This document shows positions 48,647 to 50,136 of a stretch of 50,136 bases of DNA, in pieces. The DNA comes from Callorhinchus milii (Eukaryota): positions 1 to 50,136 of the forward strand of contig NW_024705381.1 in the NCBI RefSeq assembly GCF_018977255.1, in the 5' to 3' direction. Position 1 is the first letter of the stretch, and each line of letters opens with the position of its first letter. Below the pieces are notes generated by a model that was not told the DNA's origin, searched no databases, and was given only the letters and a program-made list of their open reading frames with translations. Made by a program: the position numbers and the translations under genes.

Positions 48647-50136
48647 GTGGGGGGTGTTGGTATTGGGGGAGGGGGGTGAGGGGAGGTGAGGGGGTATTGG
48701 GGTGAGGGGGGGTGAGGGGAGGTGAGGGGTATTGGGGTGAGGGGGGGTGAGGGGAGGTGAGGGGTATTGGGTGAGGGGGTGTTGATATTGGGTGTGAGGG
48801 GAGTGAGGGGTATTGGGGTGAGGGGGGTGAGGGAGTTGTTGATATTGGGATGAGGGGGGGGGTGAGGGGAGGTGAGGGGGATTGGGGGGAGGGGGGTGAG
48901 GGGAGGTGAGGGGGTAGTTGGGGTGAGGGGGGTGAGGGGGTATTGGTATTGGGGTGAGGGGGGTGGGTATTGTGGTGAGGGGGGGTGGGGGAGGTGAGGG
49001 GTATTGGGTTGAGGGGGGTGAGGGGAGGGTATTGGGGTGAGGGAGTATTGGTATTGGGGTGAGGGGGGTGAGGGGAGGTGAGGGGTATTGGGGTGAGGGG
49101 GTATTGGGGTAGGGGGGGGAGGGGAGGTGAGGGGGTATTGGGGAGGGGGGTGAGGGGAGGTGAGGGGGTAATTGGGTGAGGGGTATTGGGTGAGGGGGTG
49201 AGGGAGGGAGGGGGTATTGGGGTGAGGGGGTGAGGGGAGGGAGGGGGTATTGGGGTGAGGGGTATTGGGGTGAGGGGGAAGGGAGTGGTGAGGGGGATTG
49301 GTGAGGGGGGGTGAGGGGGTGAGGGGATTGGGTGAGGGGGGGGTGAGGGGATTGGGGTGAGGGGGGGGGGAGGGGGTAGGGATTGGGGTGAGGGGGGTGA
49401 GGGAGGTGAGGGTGATTGGGTGAGGGGGGGTGAGGGGAGGTGAGGATTGGGGTGAGGGGGGGGTGAGGGGAGGTGAGGTGATTGGGGTGAGGGGTGGTGA
49501 GTGAGGGGATTGGGTGAGGGGAGGGGTGAGGGGTAGTTGGGGTGAGGGGGAGGTGAGGGGAGTGTATGATTGGGATTAGGGGGGGGGTGAGGGGGTGAGG
49601 GGATTGGGTGGGGGGGGTGAGGGGAGGGATGGGGTAGGGGTGATTGGGGTGAGGGTGGTATTGGTGAGGGGGGTGAGGGGGTATTGGGTGAGGGGTGTAG
49701 GGGAGGTGAGGGGTATTGGGGTGAGGGGGTATGGATGGGTATGGGTAGGAGGGATGGTATTGTGGGGTAGTATTGGGTGAGGGGGGGGATGAGGAGGGGT
49801 GGGGGTGAGGGGGTGAGGGGGTATTGGTGGTGAGGAGGTATGGGTGAGGGAGGTGAGGGGGTATTGGTATGGGGAGGGGGTGAGGGGAGGTGAGGGGGTA
49901 ATTGGGTGAGGGGTTATTGGTAGGGGTGAGGGGGGTGAGGGAGAGGTGAGGGGTATTGGGTGAGGGGGGTGAGGATGAGGGGATGTGAGGGGTATTGGGG
50001 TGAGGGGGGTGAGGGGGAGTTGTAGGGGGTGAGGGTGAGGGGAGGTGAGGGGGGTAGGGTTGGGGTGAGGGGGGGGTGAGGAGGGTGAGGGGGGATTGGT
50101 GGGGTGAGGGGGTGAGGGGATGGGTGAGGGGTATTG
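48647..50136. repeat. G-rich tandem array (GGGGTGA / GGGGTATT / GGGGAGGTGA) running to the window end
   Basis: About 1.5 kb with essentially no C on the plus strand. Confidence 0.95.

Overview
Repeat-rich eukaryotic genomic DNA. It is vertebrate-like and most consistent with a lamprey; that is inferred from the GC3-rich exons, the divergent eIF3e protein and the repeat landscape, and is not proven. The only protein-coding gene I can support is eIF3e/INT6 on the minus strand (ATG 48583, stop 18499). Ten exons are readable with GT-AG boundaries, but the three exons equivalent to vertebrate exons 8-10 (about 113 codons) are not found. Where they should lie there is a 30-N gap followed by about 8.7 kb (27176-35860) of featureless, random-looking DNA that I suspect is artefactual. 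The main non-coding signal is about 20 short dispersed elements from at least five sequence families. They carry a minimal hammerhead ribozyme (CUGANGA-N-stem II-GAAAC-GUC) with covarying stem II, 11 have intact cores, and many sit in inverted pairs, which is the signature of Penelope-like retroelement terminal repeats. Also present: Helentron-type HINE elements, two hAT MITEs with 8-bp TSDs, tRNA-derived SINEs, L2 and RTE LINE remnants, minisatellites, and a 1.5-kb G-rich array abutting the eIF3e promoter. Nearly all ORFs in the supplied track are spurious.
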